From positions 163,060,001 through 163,124,000 of the forward strand of contig NW_027362762.1 in NCBI RefSeq assembly GCF_046119375.1: 64,000 nt of DNA, in the 5' to 3' direction. Position 1 is the first letter of the stretch. Every line of letters begins with the position of its first letter. The notes under the pieces are model-generated. The model ran no database searches. It had not been told where the DNA came from and was given only the letters and a program-made list of their open reading frames with translations. Below, one piece after another: positions 24,857-37,988 of the stretch. The translations under genes were made by a program, and so were the position numbers. Source of the DNA: Phyllobates terribilis (lineage: Eukaryota).

Positions 24857-26731
24857 TTAGTTTAAAAATCTAGTGGATATGCACATTAAGTGCTTGAAGC
24901 ACCACAGGCGGAGCCATGTGGTCTGCGCACCCTTTCTCCAGCAGTTTTGCCTTGTAACTCCGCCCCTGCTGCATTGATTGACAGCCTTGAGCTTGGATGT
25001 GAAGCTGTGAGTGTAATTGTGCTTTGGGCTGCATGGCCCCCAACGTTACTCCGAGCCCCTCCGTTACACATATGACCATGAAGAATGTTGTCTCCCAAAC
25101 ATTCCAGCAGTTTGTCTCGTTTAGTATAACTTTGGTATGGATTTCGGAGTGGACAGGCTCCCTTGTATAGGATTTAAAAAAAAATGCATTTTACAATTTT
25201 TTTTCCTGTTGAGTTCAGTGGAGAACAAAATGTAATGTAGAGTATTGCATGTAAATACCTATCACCTCTACATGTGGATGTAAGATGGCTAGTATTCCAG
25301 GAGCCTGTGTTGGAGCGACTTTCTGTGGACAGACACATAATTATTTTGCAATTTCTACCCTAGTCCGATGCTTTGGAAGTGCTATAATTTACGGCATAGC
25401 TTTCTTATTGAGCTCTTCAGATATGTTACAATTAGAGCCATATTACACTGTGGGTATTTCTTGCCATATGGTACTTTCAGAAAAAAAAGACATAAATTTT
25501 CATGTCACTAGTGTTTTGTGCAATGCGTATAATAGCTGTAGGACGTCTTGGAGCGTCCCAGCAGAATACTTACATTTTGCTTCTAGCAGCTCTGTGCAGA
25601 AAACCATGTAATGAATCCCATACTTCATAAGGCCTTACTACGAGACATATTGGCTGTTTCACCCCCTGCGTGCCATCCTGTCCACTCGCCATCCAGAAAT
25701 AAATTCTCTATAGTGAAATCATGTAACCTTTTTTGGGTTCTCACTCGGAGCATCTGGAGTTAGTCTTCTCCTGCACAATGATCTAATTGTAATCCTCATG
25801 GGGCAGCTTCTGATCGGTTAGCTTGTCATCACACTCGCGATAGAAAGCAGTGAATCTGTTTTATAGTCCCTTCCAAATCATCCAACTTGTGCAATTGATA
25901 TAACCAGGAGACTGGGGAGCAGCCTGCGGTGCTCACATTCTCAACCGATTGTGTAACCGCGCTTGTAATATTCTGCTAGTTTTGCAAGAATTTAAATGAT
26001 TACTAAGGTTGATGAATAGCCCGTCATAGCAATAGGTATTTAAAAGCCATTCTATAATTCTGTATATATCCAATATTTATAAAGTCTCGTTGTCCAAGTA
26101 GAGATGACCAAATATTTTGAAATTCAAATTTGCCAGGTTCGGCGATTTTTTTTTTATTTTTTTTTTATTTTTGCAAATCACAGGTACTCCAATTGCCTTG
26201 AAAGTTTGCGAGGTTTCCCAGGACTGTATCCATCCCCTTTCAATGTCTTTAACACAAGCCTAGCTTTTGTACTGTCAAAGTGACCTTATTATAGAAACTG
26301 ATGATAACCTGGTAGTAACAAACAGCCCATTTAATAGCACAGCATACTGACACACTGTTCATAATTTTACACATTAAAAAAATGGTCCAAAAATTATCAC
26401 TCTTCGTCATTAGGCAGACTGTTCTTTGCAAAACACTGACTCAAACTGGCATTGTCACTGTCAGAGGTAACCTCATTCTGTTATGACTGAGTCAAGTGAT
26501 GTGCTATATACTCCATAACACCCTCTGCTTCCTCCCCCTGATACTCTTGCCAGAGACCAAGGAGGCCAACTGTTGTTTGGTGGCTGCTTGGATGGCTGGT
26601 GCCAGAGGTGGTGGTGGTGCTCCTGTTACTTCTAGTACCTTCCAAATTCTTAGCCATGGTATGTTGTTTTTGTGTTTTTTGTGTTTTGCTTTGACACTAC
26701 CCCGTCCATTGCTACTTTTTCTTTTAACATA

Positions 26732-28323
26732 CACTACTGTTCAAAAGTTTGGGGTCATTTAGAAATTTCATTATTTTTTAAAGAAAAGCACATTTTTTTT
26801 CAATGAAGCCAACAGTAAATGAATCAGAAATACACTCTATACATTGTTAATGTGGTAAATGACTATTTTAGCTGCAAACGTCTTGTTTTTATTGCAATAT
26901 CTACATAGGTATATAGAGACCCATTTCCAGCAACCACCACTCCAGTGTTTTAATGGTACATTGTGTTTGCTAACTGTGTAAGAAGGCTAATGGATGTTTA
27001 GAAAATCCTAGAAAACCCTTGCACAAGTATGTTAGCCCTGCTGAAAATGGTTTGGCTGATTTGAGAAGCTATAAAATTGACCTTCCTTTGAGCTAGTTGA
27101 GAATCTGGAGCATTACATTTGTTTGTTCTATGAAACTCTCAAAATGACCAGAAAAAGAGAACTTTCATGTGAAACTCGACAGTCTATTCTTGTTCTTAGA
27201 AATGAAGGCTATTCCATGCGAGAAATTGCCAATAAACTGAAGATTTCCTACAATGGTGTGTACTACTCCCTTCAGAGGAGAGCACAAACAGGCTCTAACC
27301 AGAGTAGAAAGAGAATTGGGAGACCCCGCTGCACAACTGAGCAACAAGACAAGTACATTAGAGTCTCTAGTTTGAAAAATCGACGCTTCACAGCTCCTCA
27401 ACTGGCAGCTTCATTAAATAGCACACGCAAAACGCCAGTGTCAAAGTCTACAGTGAAGAGGCGACTCCGGAATGCTGGCCTTCAGGGCAAAGTGACAAAG
27501 ACAAAGCCATATCTGAGACTGGCTAATAAAAGGAAAAGATTAATATGGGCAAAAGAACACAGACATTGGACAGAGGCAGATTGGAAAAAAGTTTTATGGA
27601 CAAACGAATCAAAGTTTGAGGAGTTTGGATCACACAGAAGAACATTTGTGAGACGCAGAACAACTGAAAAGATGCTGCCAAGTGTGGTGGAGGTAATGTG
27701 ATGGTCTGGGGTTGCTTTGGTGCTGGTAAAGTGGGAGATTTGTACAAGGTAAATGGGATTTTGAATAAGGAAGGCTATCACTCCATTTTGCAACGCCATA
27801 CCCTGTGGACAGCGCTTGATTGGAGCCAATTTCATCCTACAACAGGACAATGAACAAAAAGCACACCTCCAAATTCTGCATGAACTATTTAGGGAAGAAG
27901 CAGGCAGCTGGTATTCGATCTGTAATGGAGTGGCCAGCATAGTCACCAGATCTCACCCCTATTGAGCTGTTGTGGAAGCAGCTTGACTGTATGGTATGCA
28001 AAAAGTGCCCATCAAGCCAATCCAACTTGTGGGAGGGGCTTCAGGAAGCATGGGGGTAAATTTCTCAAGATTACCTCAGCAAATTAACAGCTAGAATGCC
28101 AAAGGTCTGCAATGCTGTAATTGCTGCAAAGGGAGCATTCTGTGACGAAAGCAAAGTTTGAAGGAGAAAATTATTCTTTCAAATAAAAATCATTATTTCT
28201 AACCTTGTCAATGTCTGGACTATATTTTCTAATTATTTTGCAACTCATTTGATAAATAAAAGTATGAGTTTTCATGGAAAACACAAAATTGTCTGGGTGA
28301 CCCCAAACTTTTGAACGGTAGTA
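26732..28323 (+). mobile_element. Near full-length Tc1-like DNA transposon (1592 bp), ~26-bp TIRs, TA TSD
   Basis: ta|cactactgttcaaaagtttggggtca ... tgaccccaaacttttgaacggtagta|ta enclosing a transposase pseudogene. Confidence 0.93.
27144..28161 (+). pseudogene. Tc1 transposase pseudogene (DNA-binding half open; catalytic domain disrupted)
   Basis: MTRKRELSCETRQSILVLRNEGYS...GRPR...WKKVLWTNESKFE (first catalytic D replaced by N). Frameshifts and deletion from about 27680; later remnants GGGNVMVWGC, QQDN, WP..SPDL.PIE, ESKV*. Confidence 0.9.
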
Positions 28324-29980
28324 TACATTTTGTACAACACTATATTAAAGTTTTGACAATCTTTTCAACCCTTGCCAAAAAGGACCTAATAAGTAATGCA
28401 ATATAGGTAGGTACACGTACAGAAAGGAAAAAAGGGCAGCAGGCCACAGGATATCTATGGAATGTACAGTTGTCAAATTGGACTAGTAAAACAGGTGTGC
28501 CAAAATAGACAAAAGCAAGCACCTGACTAGTAAAACAAATGTGCAAAGGAAAGAGTTACAATATGCACACTTTGTGAGGTAGACAGTCACAAATAAATGT
28601 CTGGATATTGGGGAATTTTCTTTTGTATTTAAAAAAAAATAATATTCCCGCCCCATCACAAAAAACGATTGCACAAGAAATTAAAAAATGAAGTACAGTC
28701 ATTTATGACAAGCACAATGTCTGACACTGATTTCAGATTTTTTTCTGTTGAAACTATTGTGTTGCCTAACTTCTGCTTTCTAGTGCATGAAGAAAGGAAG
28801 ACAAAATGTGTAGTTGTAATTCAAATGCAGCACAACAGATGCCAGCTGCACCACATCACTGATCAGTCATGATGTGTCTGGCACTGCACCTAGTACCGCT
28901 CATGTTAATCTCCTCCCCATATTATTGGAATCTTTGTATTATTTGAACACTACTACTCTCATCTTCAGTGCTGCAGTTACTCAACAACTTACTGTCTGGA
29001 ATATTTGTCTAATGTTTTACGGTTTTCTCTTCCTATCTTTATTGCTGAGCTGTGAGCTCTGATGTCCTCTTATTATCCTAAAATCACCCTAAAATAAATG
29101 CTGCGTTCCCTGCCTCGGCTTTTATACAACCTATTGTAATAGTCCTCCTTAATTGCTTTACCATGTGATTTGATAACATTATGGGGAAGCCCGCATGGTC
29201 GCACTTGAGGTTCTGTGACTGATGCAGTCCTCTGCATTGTGAAGATTGGTGGTCGACATTTTTTGGGGGGTTTCTCCCAAATTGCCCGTTGTTTGAGCTA
29301 AAGTCTCATTTTATGAAAGTTGCAGGTCCTGATGAATTCAATTTGTGTCTAATTGATTCAATCATCTCGTACCAATGCAAGGCATGGAGCATTAAACCTC
29401 AACTAGATCTTTAAATTATTATTTTATTAACTTTATAATTGTTTATATCTTCTAGGAAAATGGTGACAGCCACAGCTTTGAACATGAAAGAAATTTCCTT
29501 GAGGTGGTTACTTCTGTTCTTCTCCCAGAGGCACGGCTCCCGATCTGTCTCCAGCTATAAACCGTAGCTTTCAGATTGACCCTCAAGGAAATTCCTTTAA
29601 GGAATATTCGCCTTCCCATAATTTAATTACATGGGCTGTGTCCTTCTACACATTTTTAAAGTGTTTCTGTCACCAGATTTCTGGATGCAAACTATATACA
29701 GTATTAAAGAGGTCTATTAGACCTGATAAGGCTAGTGTACAATTCATGTCAAAATGGTTGTATAATCCTGTTTGAAAGTTTATAAATTGCTCGCATTTAA
29801 AGGAGCATAAGCCATACCGACACAGACTTAAAAAGTAAGTAATAATGTCCAAGAAATCTTTTTAATAGTGTTTGCAGTTTGTGTTGAGAAATCTGGTGAT
29901 AGATCCCCTTTAATGATATGATATTTTGTTATTGTCCTGGGTTAATAACCCTGCCATGCCGTTTTTAGTAAATATATGTA

Positions 29981-30746
29981 CTGCAGGTGAAATAAGTATT
30001 GAACACATCATCAATTTTCTAAGTAAATATATTTCTAAAGGTGCTATTGACATGAAATGCTCACGAGATGTCCGTAACAACCATCCAATCCTCACAGGCA
30101 AAGAAATCAAACCATAGATGTCCATAAATTAAGTTATGTGTAATAATGAGAAATGACACAGTTAAAAATTATTGCACTTGCTGAAATGTATATAATACTT
30201 TATACATTGGGGAAACCTGGTCTTGGCTGGTATATGGTAAAATGATGTTCTTTCCACTTCTGGATTATGGCCCCAACGGTGCTCACTAGAACCTTCAGTA
30301 GTTTAGAAACTCTTCTGTAACCAGTGCTATCAGTATGTTTTGCAACAATAAGGTTGCGAAGGTCTTTAGACAGCTCACTGGTTTAACCCATTATGAGATG
30401 TTTATTGTGGGGCACCTTGATAATGAGACACCTTTTTGTAGATCATCAGGTGAACCAGCTGATGCTATTTTTTCACTAAGTGGCAGGATTTCTTTCTAAT
30501 TACAGACAGATTTCAGCTGGTGTCATGACTTTCCATGGCTTTTTGCACTTCTTTCTTCATGTGTTCAATACTTTTTCATTGTTTAGTTTCTCATTATTAC
30601 ACATAACTCAATTTATGATTATAATTAGATTTCTCTGCCTATGTGGATTGGATGGGTTGCAGGTGAGAATTTCATGTCAATAGCACCTTTAGAAATAGAT
30701 TTACTTAGAAAATTGGTGACTTGTTGAATACTTATTTCACCCGCTG
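29981..30746 (-). mobile_element. Internally deleted Tc1 element (766 bp) with ~200-bp inverted repeats, TA TSD
   Basis: ta|ctgcaggtgaaataagtattgaacac ... gttgaatacttatttcacccgctg|ta; minus-strand remnant MG*TSELSKDLRNLIVAKHTD...IIQKWKEHHFT (about 30212-30391). Confidence 0.88.
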
Positions 30747-31017
30747 TATGTAATTTGATCAGATATGCTAAGTTGGATGCCTAGCGTGGCCGAGCGGCTC
30801 AGTGCACCAATTCACTCTCTGCTTTTGCATGCCTCCGCCTTCTTCTCTGTTGATTGACAGTGGCTGTTAGCTTGGAATAAGTGGTTATGCCAGCGATGTC
30901 AGTCAAAACCTGTGAAAAGGACGACTTACTGTGCTGCAACGCCCAGGCTGCACGTTTATTAACATATTTGATCAAACTACATTCACTGGAGGACAAAGGA
31001 AATGTTTAGAAAACTAT

Positions 31018-31445
31018 GGCCCCAATTCATTTACATTTTTTTCAAGTCACTTTCCCTTTTTGTTTTTTGGTATTAGTTGCCGTTTTTGGAGCCAAACTCA
31101 TCAAAATGGCTCACACAATTTATGAAGTTAGCTCAAAGTATATTTTTTTTTGTTGAACTGCCACTGTGCATTTTAGTCGCAAAAATTGGGCCAAAATGCT
31201 GGTGTACATCGAGGGCAGACTGGAGTAAAATTGCGCCAAATCTTGCGACTTTAAAACACGTCACAATTGAATCGGGTGAAAACCTCTACAGACACTAAAC
31301 TCTGCCCACAAAGTGGAAAACAAAAAAAAATTAAGGAGAACACAGAATAATGAATTGGGTGCAAACAAAAAAAGGCACAAAACACACAAAAGTAGACAAA
31401 AAACAGGTTCAAAAACAAGTTCAAAGGCAATGATGAATCAGGGCA
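31018..31445. mobile_element. Harbinger-like MITE (ggcccaattcat ... atgaatcagggc); related copy at about 31842-32140
   Basis: Imperfect terminal inverted repeats and internal inverted symmetry. Confidence 0.5.
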
Positions 31446-31668
31446 TAAAATGTATATATATTTTTTTATATAGGGAGTATATCTCCTACAAGGCAGTAGG
31501 CTTACTTTACACAACCAATTTTGGGTGAACTGGTCCCTATAAATTACTTAGTATTTCTAGGGACATCCTGCTACTAAGTGAAATGTTTTTTTTTGCGTCA
31601 TTTACCAGTTTTAGATACTTCCTCTTGAGGTTTTTTTCTCTCTGCTAGAAAACAATCTCTGCCCTGTA

Positions 31669-31840
31669 TAGTCATGGCCAAAAGTTATGAGACGGACACC
31701 GTGTGGTTTTCACAAAATTTGCTGCTTTTAGATTTTTTTTTTAAAGTCTGATGTTTCCATGGTTACTGTTCTACAATTCTCAGCGTTTCATACGTTTTTA
31801 AACTTTTATTTACAAACATATCAAGTTTATGTCGAGACTC
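31669..31840. mobile_element. Solo Tc1 terminal fragment
   Basis: ta|tagtcatggccaaaagttatgag, resembling CAGTCATGGCCAAAAGTTTTGAG Tc1 termini; interrupted by the next MITE. Confidence 0.55.
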
Positions 31841-33430
31841 AGGGCTCGATTCATCGAAGCTTTTAGCTTTGACAAGTCACATCATTTTGGTGCAAGTGGC
31901 GGCTGCATTAAAACGATGACACTGTTGGCGTTCTCACGCCATTTTCGCTCAGTTTTGACAAAGAGGGTGGAGTTGGGGTGCGGCGACTGCCGCTCGTCAA
32001 TTTTATGAAGAGGGGCAGCTTTCACTACGCCACATATCTTACTCCTGCAGGGACTGGAGTAGGATTGGTGGCGAGATGCACACAGAGGTGTACATTACTC
32101 GTCCAGCACTCCTCCTCCATACTCCTCTTCATGAATCAGGAGGATCTGACTTTAGCTGGCCTCCTCATCAAGACGAGCATGAATCAGTGGCCATTATTAG
32201 TGTTCTGTGCTGTGCTCTCACTTCTTCCATTTGTCTGAGATTCGGACTAAGGACATGAGCACAGGCAGCCCAATAATGGCTGTTGATTGGCTGCAGGGCT
32301 CAAGAGGCCCACTGTCGATTTTGCTGGAACTTTATTTAAAAAGGGTAGGCCAGGTAGTGGACAACATCTTTAATTTTCATGACAAGGTATTACTTAGCAT
32401 TTTTTTTTTTTTGCAATTAATTTGATCACTCTTCACAACAATCTAGAGTTAATGCAAATTACCACTATAATAACTCTGAAGGTGCAAACCTTGTGAAAAC
32501 CAAAGTCTCAAAACTTATCGGCACAACTGTCTTTTATTAGTGATCTGACTGTAAAGCCATGGGAATGCAGCAAATTATTATTTTTTTAAGTATATCATTT
32601 AAGTATTTTCCAAAAGTAAATTTACAAAATGACAACATAAAACAATAAAAAATCAATACAGTACAGGTGAACTAAACAAACTATCAGCAACAATGAATGA
32701 ACTTAAACCCTGAGCCAAAAATTTTTATTATGCAGTGAAAACTGAGCAGATGCCCCAAACTCTGTATAGTTCAGTACAGATCGTCTGAAGTAGCGTTTCA
32801 GGATAGAGCACGTCTTGTATATTGATCAACACACAGGGCTGCGGAAGGAAGTTCATGTGCCGCGTACAGTTATATTCTAGCACTTCCTCAAACAAGCCGT
32901 ATCAAATGACTCCTCACAGGGGAGCGGGCAGGGAACCATGATCCGAGAGGTGAAACAAAAGGAAGCAAAAGGTCAGTCTCCGAAATGTGTCATTAGGTAA
33001 AATGATCCGTTTCCATTAAAATCAACATATTTACTGCACACTATTTGCAGCCGTTGTGATGCTTGAATCAAGCGAGTTAATTGTAGGGTGGGGGCAATGG
33101 CTACATCCAGGAGGGTCAGATCAGATAGACACACAAGGGTCTCTGAATTTGGGACCCTTTTTGGGAGTGTAAACTTTTATTCTTGTGATGCCTAAAAAAA
33201 GAAAAACTAGAAACTATTGGTAAATGGAAGATTCATAGGTTAAAAATCTGGTATTTTTCTGTTTAGTTTTGGTCTCACACTTCTATTCCAGATTGCAGTG
33301 TAGACTGTACATCAAAGGCCTTTCTTTTGGAAAATGTGTCACCCACGTACTGCATTTTTTTTTATTTATTTTTTTAATAAGCAGAAGGGTAATGACACAC
33401 ATGAATAGATGTGTGTATTTATATTATATA

Positions 33431-34258
<828 letters not shown>

Positions 34259-36813
34259 GGTCCTGCATGGTCAAACACAGCCATTACACTGTACACAGCT
34301 GGGGCACATTTATCTTTATCAGATTATCTCAGCACAGGAACATTTTATTTAAACATCCAATTGTGGAAGTTATTATCATTCCAAGATCTATTGATTAAAA
34401 TAAACTTTTGTTCGTGGGAAAACCCCTTTAAGTCTTCTGCTTATGACCCTTTACGGCAGCAACATGGACCACAGGCACCACCTGTAGTCAGTAGAATACT
34501 CATTGCGTTGACTCGTCTGGGAGCATAGGGGCATGCTTTGTGATCTCTACAGGGGTCATTGTGCAAGGAAGGGGAGGAGGTAAGCTGTGACATCAACTGC
34601 TGTGAATGTTGGATCCTGTGATCGCCACAGAATTTGAAGTATTGCCATATTATGATCATTTTTAGCATAGACATTGACTTGCAAACTTAGACAATACAGC
34701 ACCTAAATGTTCAGAGCCAACTTTGATTTAGAAATCTAAATCTCATATTAACTAGCCAGAATCAGGTGTAACTCTTATATTTTCATATTCGCTGTGGCCT
34801 TTACAATGATTTTATGTATCATTCTTAATAGAGAATGGTAACCATTTACGCCATCTTTCTATTGTATCATCACCAACATACATGTTGGTAAACGAGGGTG
34901 AAACCACCAATTTGTGCCCTTTTTGGCTCAGGATACGGCCAAAATCAAGGGATTGTTTCTGAAATTCAGGACTGTGCTGGTACAATCAGAACAGTTTTAT
35001 CCTTTTTCCTGGGTCACCATAAAATTATATGCACATGAGCAGACGCTCTGTGAGTATTCCAGTTTTTAAAAGTAACATTTTACTAATCTGATCCATAGCC
35101 GCTGTAAAACAAAAGAACGCACAGAAAGTGGCCCATGCTGCAGAGTTTAAATCCACAGAATGTAAATTATTGCAGGCGATTTCTACAGTGGAATGTACAA
35201 TTAGCAATGCAAATGGTGAAATGTGCATCATAATCCATGACAAATCATCCTGTAACGTCATGTGGCTTTTCCACTTGGGGTACGTCCACTAAGAACGTAG
35301 AAGAACCGCTATACAATAATCAGCTGGTTTAGATGATCCTTGAAGGAACATATGTCTTTGCAAACCCCATGCTGTACCCATCCTGTGTTCCTACGGAGAA
35401 TACTACCCCCAATGTGGATTGTCTTCCTGGTAACTATGAAGGAGTCAAGTAAAATCTTGTATACCGTCTGCTCTATTCCTTTGGTGTAGATGGTTTTCAC
35501 AGATGAAGCAGGCAGTGATGCGTTGCAATATCTCTGCACTTTCCAATACCATACATCTAGATAACTAGAGATGTGAAGCTATTTCCAGAGTTCATCTATT
35601 ATTAATGAGAGCCTGAGGTTCTGTAATAACGTACTGATTAATTAAAATGCTTGTCTCGTGTGCATGTGATGGGAGAGCATGTATGATAAATGTGCAGTCA
35701 GTATCTATAGATATATATATTGGCTGTTTGCCATGTTAGCCTGTTGTGTTGCCCTTTTATATTTTGCCATATATACCGTAGTTGCGGTTTGGACTTTCCA
35801 GTGGGAACGATCCTTCTGACTGCTTGTATATTATACTACCATTAATGGCTAGATTAATGATTCCAATTAATATTAGACTACGACATCTGTTTTTATTTGT
35901 TGTCCTCTTTTTCCCTGTAAAGAGGCGAAGGCTTCAGAAATGAACCTCCTTCAGAACTCCTTAAGAGGTTGCGGGATCCTGGAGCAGGACCTGTGGTGAT
36001 CGGCTGATGGCCGATGCTGCTGGTCTTTAAGAACAATTTGCCACGATGAGACAACCCCTGTAAGGGTTTGTCCATGACAGTCTTATTGTCTAGCAGAAAG
36101 GTTATAGAAGTAAAATTGATGGGAGTCCAACCTCTGCAACCACCATAGTTGCTGAGAACAAAGCATCCTAAAGATGGCCATACACTTTTGATAGCTTCGG
36201 GAGCTATTCTCCCAATCCCCCATCCACATGCCTGCTTGGCCTAACTGATCTTACATGTGTTCTCAATGGGGAAAAGAGAAGTAAGCCACGGCCAGATCCC
36301 TATAACTGCAGCTATTTTTCTGTGCAAACAAAAGGATTGGTCACGTTGACATCTAAAACACCCAAGCCTTCTTTTTGCTGACATCTGCCAGTGGTTGAAA
36401 GTTCAGATGGTCTGCCGGTCCCACCATAATAATCGGATACGAATGACATTCTTCCAACATGAATGGCTACATTTAGTCCCCATTTTCGGCTGGAGAGCAT
36501 GCGCTGTCCATTTCTATAGAGTTTAATAAGGGCATTGACAATGACCGCCCCATTCACTGTGACTAAGAACGCCGTTTCTAAAGAGTAGATGGTAAAGTCA
36601 TTTTCACTATATTGGGCAATTTTGTGTTGTAAGAGTGGCGCCTAGTTTAAACTTTTTGTAGTGAAATCAAATTGTGTGGAAAAAAAGTAACTTCCTATTC
36701 TTCCAGTTATTCTGTCATTTTTTTTTTATTTTTTAACCATTTTGAATAGTTTTGGCTTTGCTCTGTAATCTACTCTTATTAAATGTGTAAAATGAATTTT
36801 TTTCCCATTACAG

Positions 36814-36942
36814 CTGTTGATCCAGCCCTACAGAAAGACCATCGAAACCAAACAAGTGGGTCACCGGCTGGTCCTGCACAATCATCCTCCAAATATCATA
36901 GAGCCAGGTCTGGAGGAGCCAGAGATGAACGGTATCGCTCAG
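36814..36942 (+). CDS. DIP2B: DIP2B coding exon 3 (129 nt, phase 1-1): AVDPALQKDHRNQTSGSPAGPAQSSSKYHRARSGGARDERYRS
   Basis: ttttttcccattacag|CT GTT ... CGC TCA G|gtaagt; SKYHRxRSGGARDERYRS matches DIP2B. Confidence 0.95.
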
Positions 36943-37827
36943 GTAAGTAATCCTGGTGTCTTCAGTATACAATGCATTCAGTGGGATAGGAATGTGTATT
37001 TTTGCCTGAGAAGGTTTTCTGAATGGGTCGAAAATTTACTTTTGTGTTAGTAGTTACTTGACTACATCCCTACTGACACCACAAAGTGGATCTACTGGTA
37101 TTTTCCCTTTTTCTACCCTTTGGACTGTAGTCTGTGTTAGGACCACCACCACTGCCAATGTTTATGGAGCATTTATTGCAGAGAGAAGGCCATTTGGATC
37201 GATTTGCTGATCATGGACGTCATCACACAACTAAACCTGTTCCAAACCTTTCTCGGACAACACAAACTTGTCATCCATCAGTTCTCCTGTCTCTGAGGAA
37301 CAGTGTCTCCTTCCCTAATTGGTCTTTGACTTTTCTTTTGGATAATGTTTAATTTTAATGAGAAGATCATTTATTTAGGGTATTTATTTTAGGGTCAGAT
37401 TTTTTTCTGTTATTTGGTTTTTGTTGTGTTTTTGTCTTTTTACTTTGGAAGTCTCCTCTGTTCTTAAAGGCTTTCTCTTCATGTATTATTTAGTGCTGGT
37501 TTTGTGATTTCGACATTATGCACGGCCATTTGCTCTCCTGAAAAAGTTCTGAAAACATTTCCTTATTTAACGAGCCTCCACTCCGGTTTCATAATTTAGC
37601 ATAAAATCCATTAACTTTTCTTTCTACTTTCATAAAAACATAGAAGATGAATTTGCTCGGTTTTTAGTACACTGTCAGTTCCAATGAGAATATGTAGCTC
37701 TGTAGGCCGATGTGTTGCTGTTTAATATCTGTTCTGAAATATGGAGGAAAACCTGAGCATTCTTTGTGTTTTTTAGTGGTATTTACCTGCAAAATAGTCA
37801 TGTTATAATAGACATTTTACCTTCCAG

Positions 37828-37953
37828 ATATCCATACAGAAGCAGTCCAAGCTGCGCTGGCAAAGCATAAAGAACAGAAGATGGCTTTGCCTATGCCGAC
37901 CAAAAGGAGGTCCACCTTTGTGCAGTCTCCTGCAGATGCATGCACTCCTCCAG
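37828..37953 (+). CDS. DIP2B: DIP2B coding exon 4 (126 nt, phase 1-1): DIHTEAVQAALAKHKEQKMALPMPTKRRSTFVQSPADACTPP
   Basis: ttttaccttccag|AT ATC ... CCT CCA G|gtatta; peptide matches recalled human DIP2B. Confidence 0.97.
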
Positions 37954-37988
37954 GTATTACATTTCTCCATTTTTTTTTTGCCTTAGAG

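Noticed and set aside
30782-30797. TAGCGTGGCCGAGCGG, matching the 5' end of tRNA-Leu
   Set aside because: Only 16 nt; no anticodon arm, no T-arm/B-box (GTTCRA) and no acceptor-stem partner downstream.
35309-35539. Faint resemblance of QTVYKILL...WVQHG to the L1 ORF2 C-terminal zinc-knuckle region
   Set aside because: The CCHC residues are absent and the similarity is too weak to call by eye.
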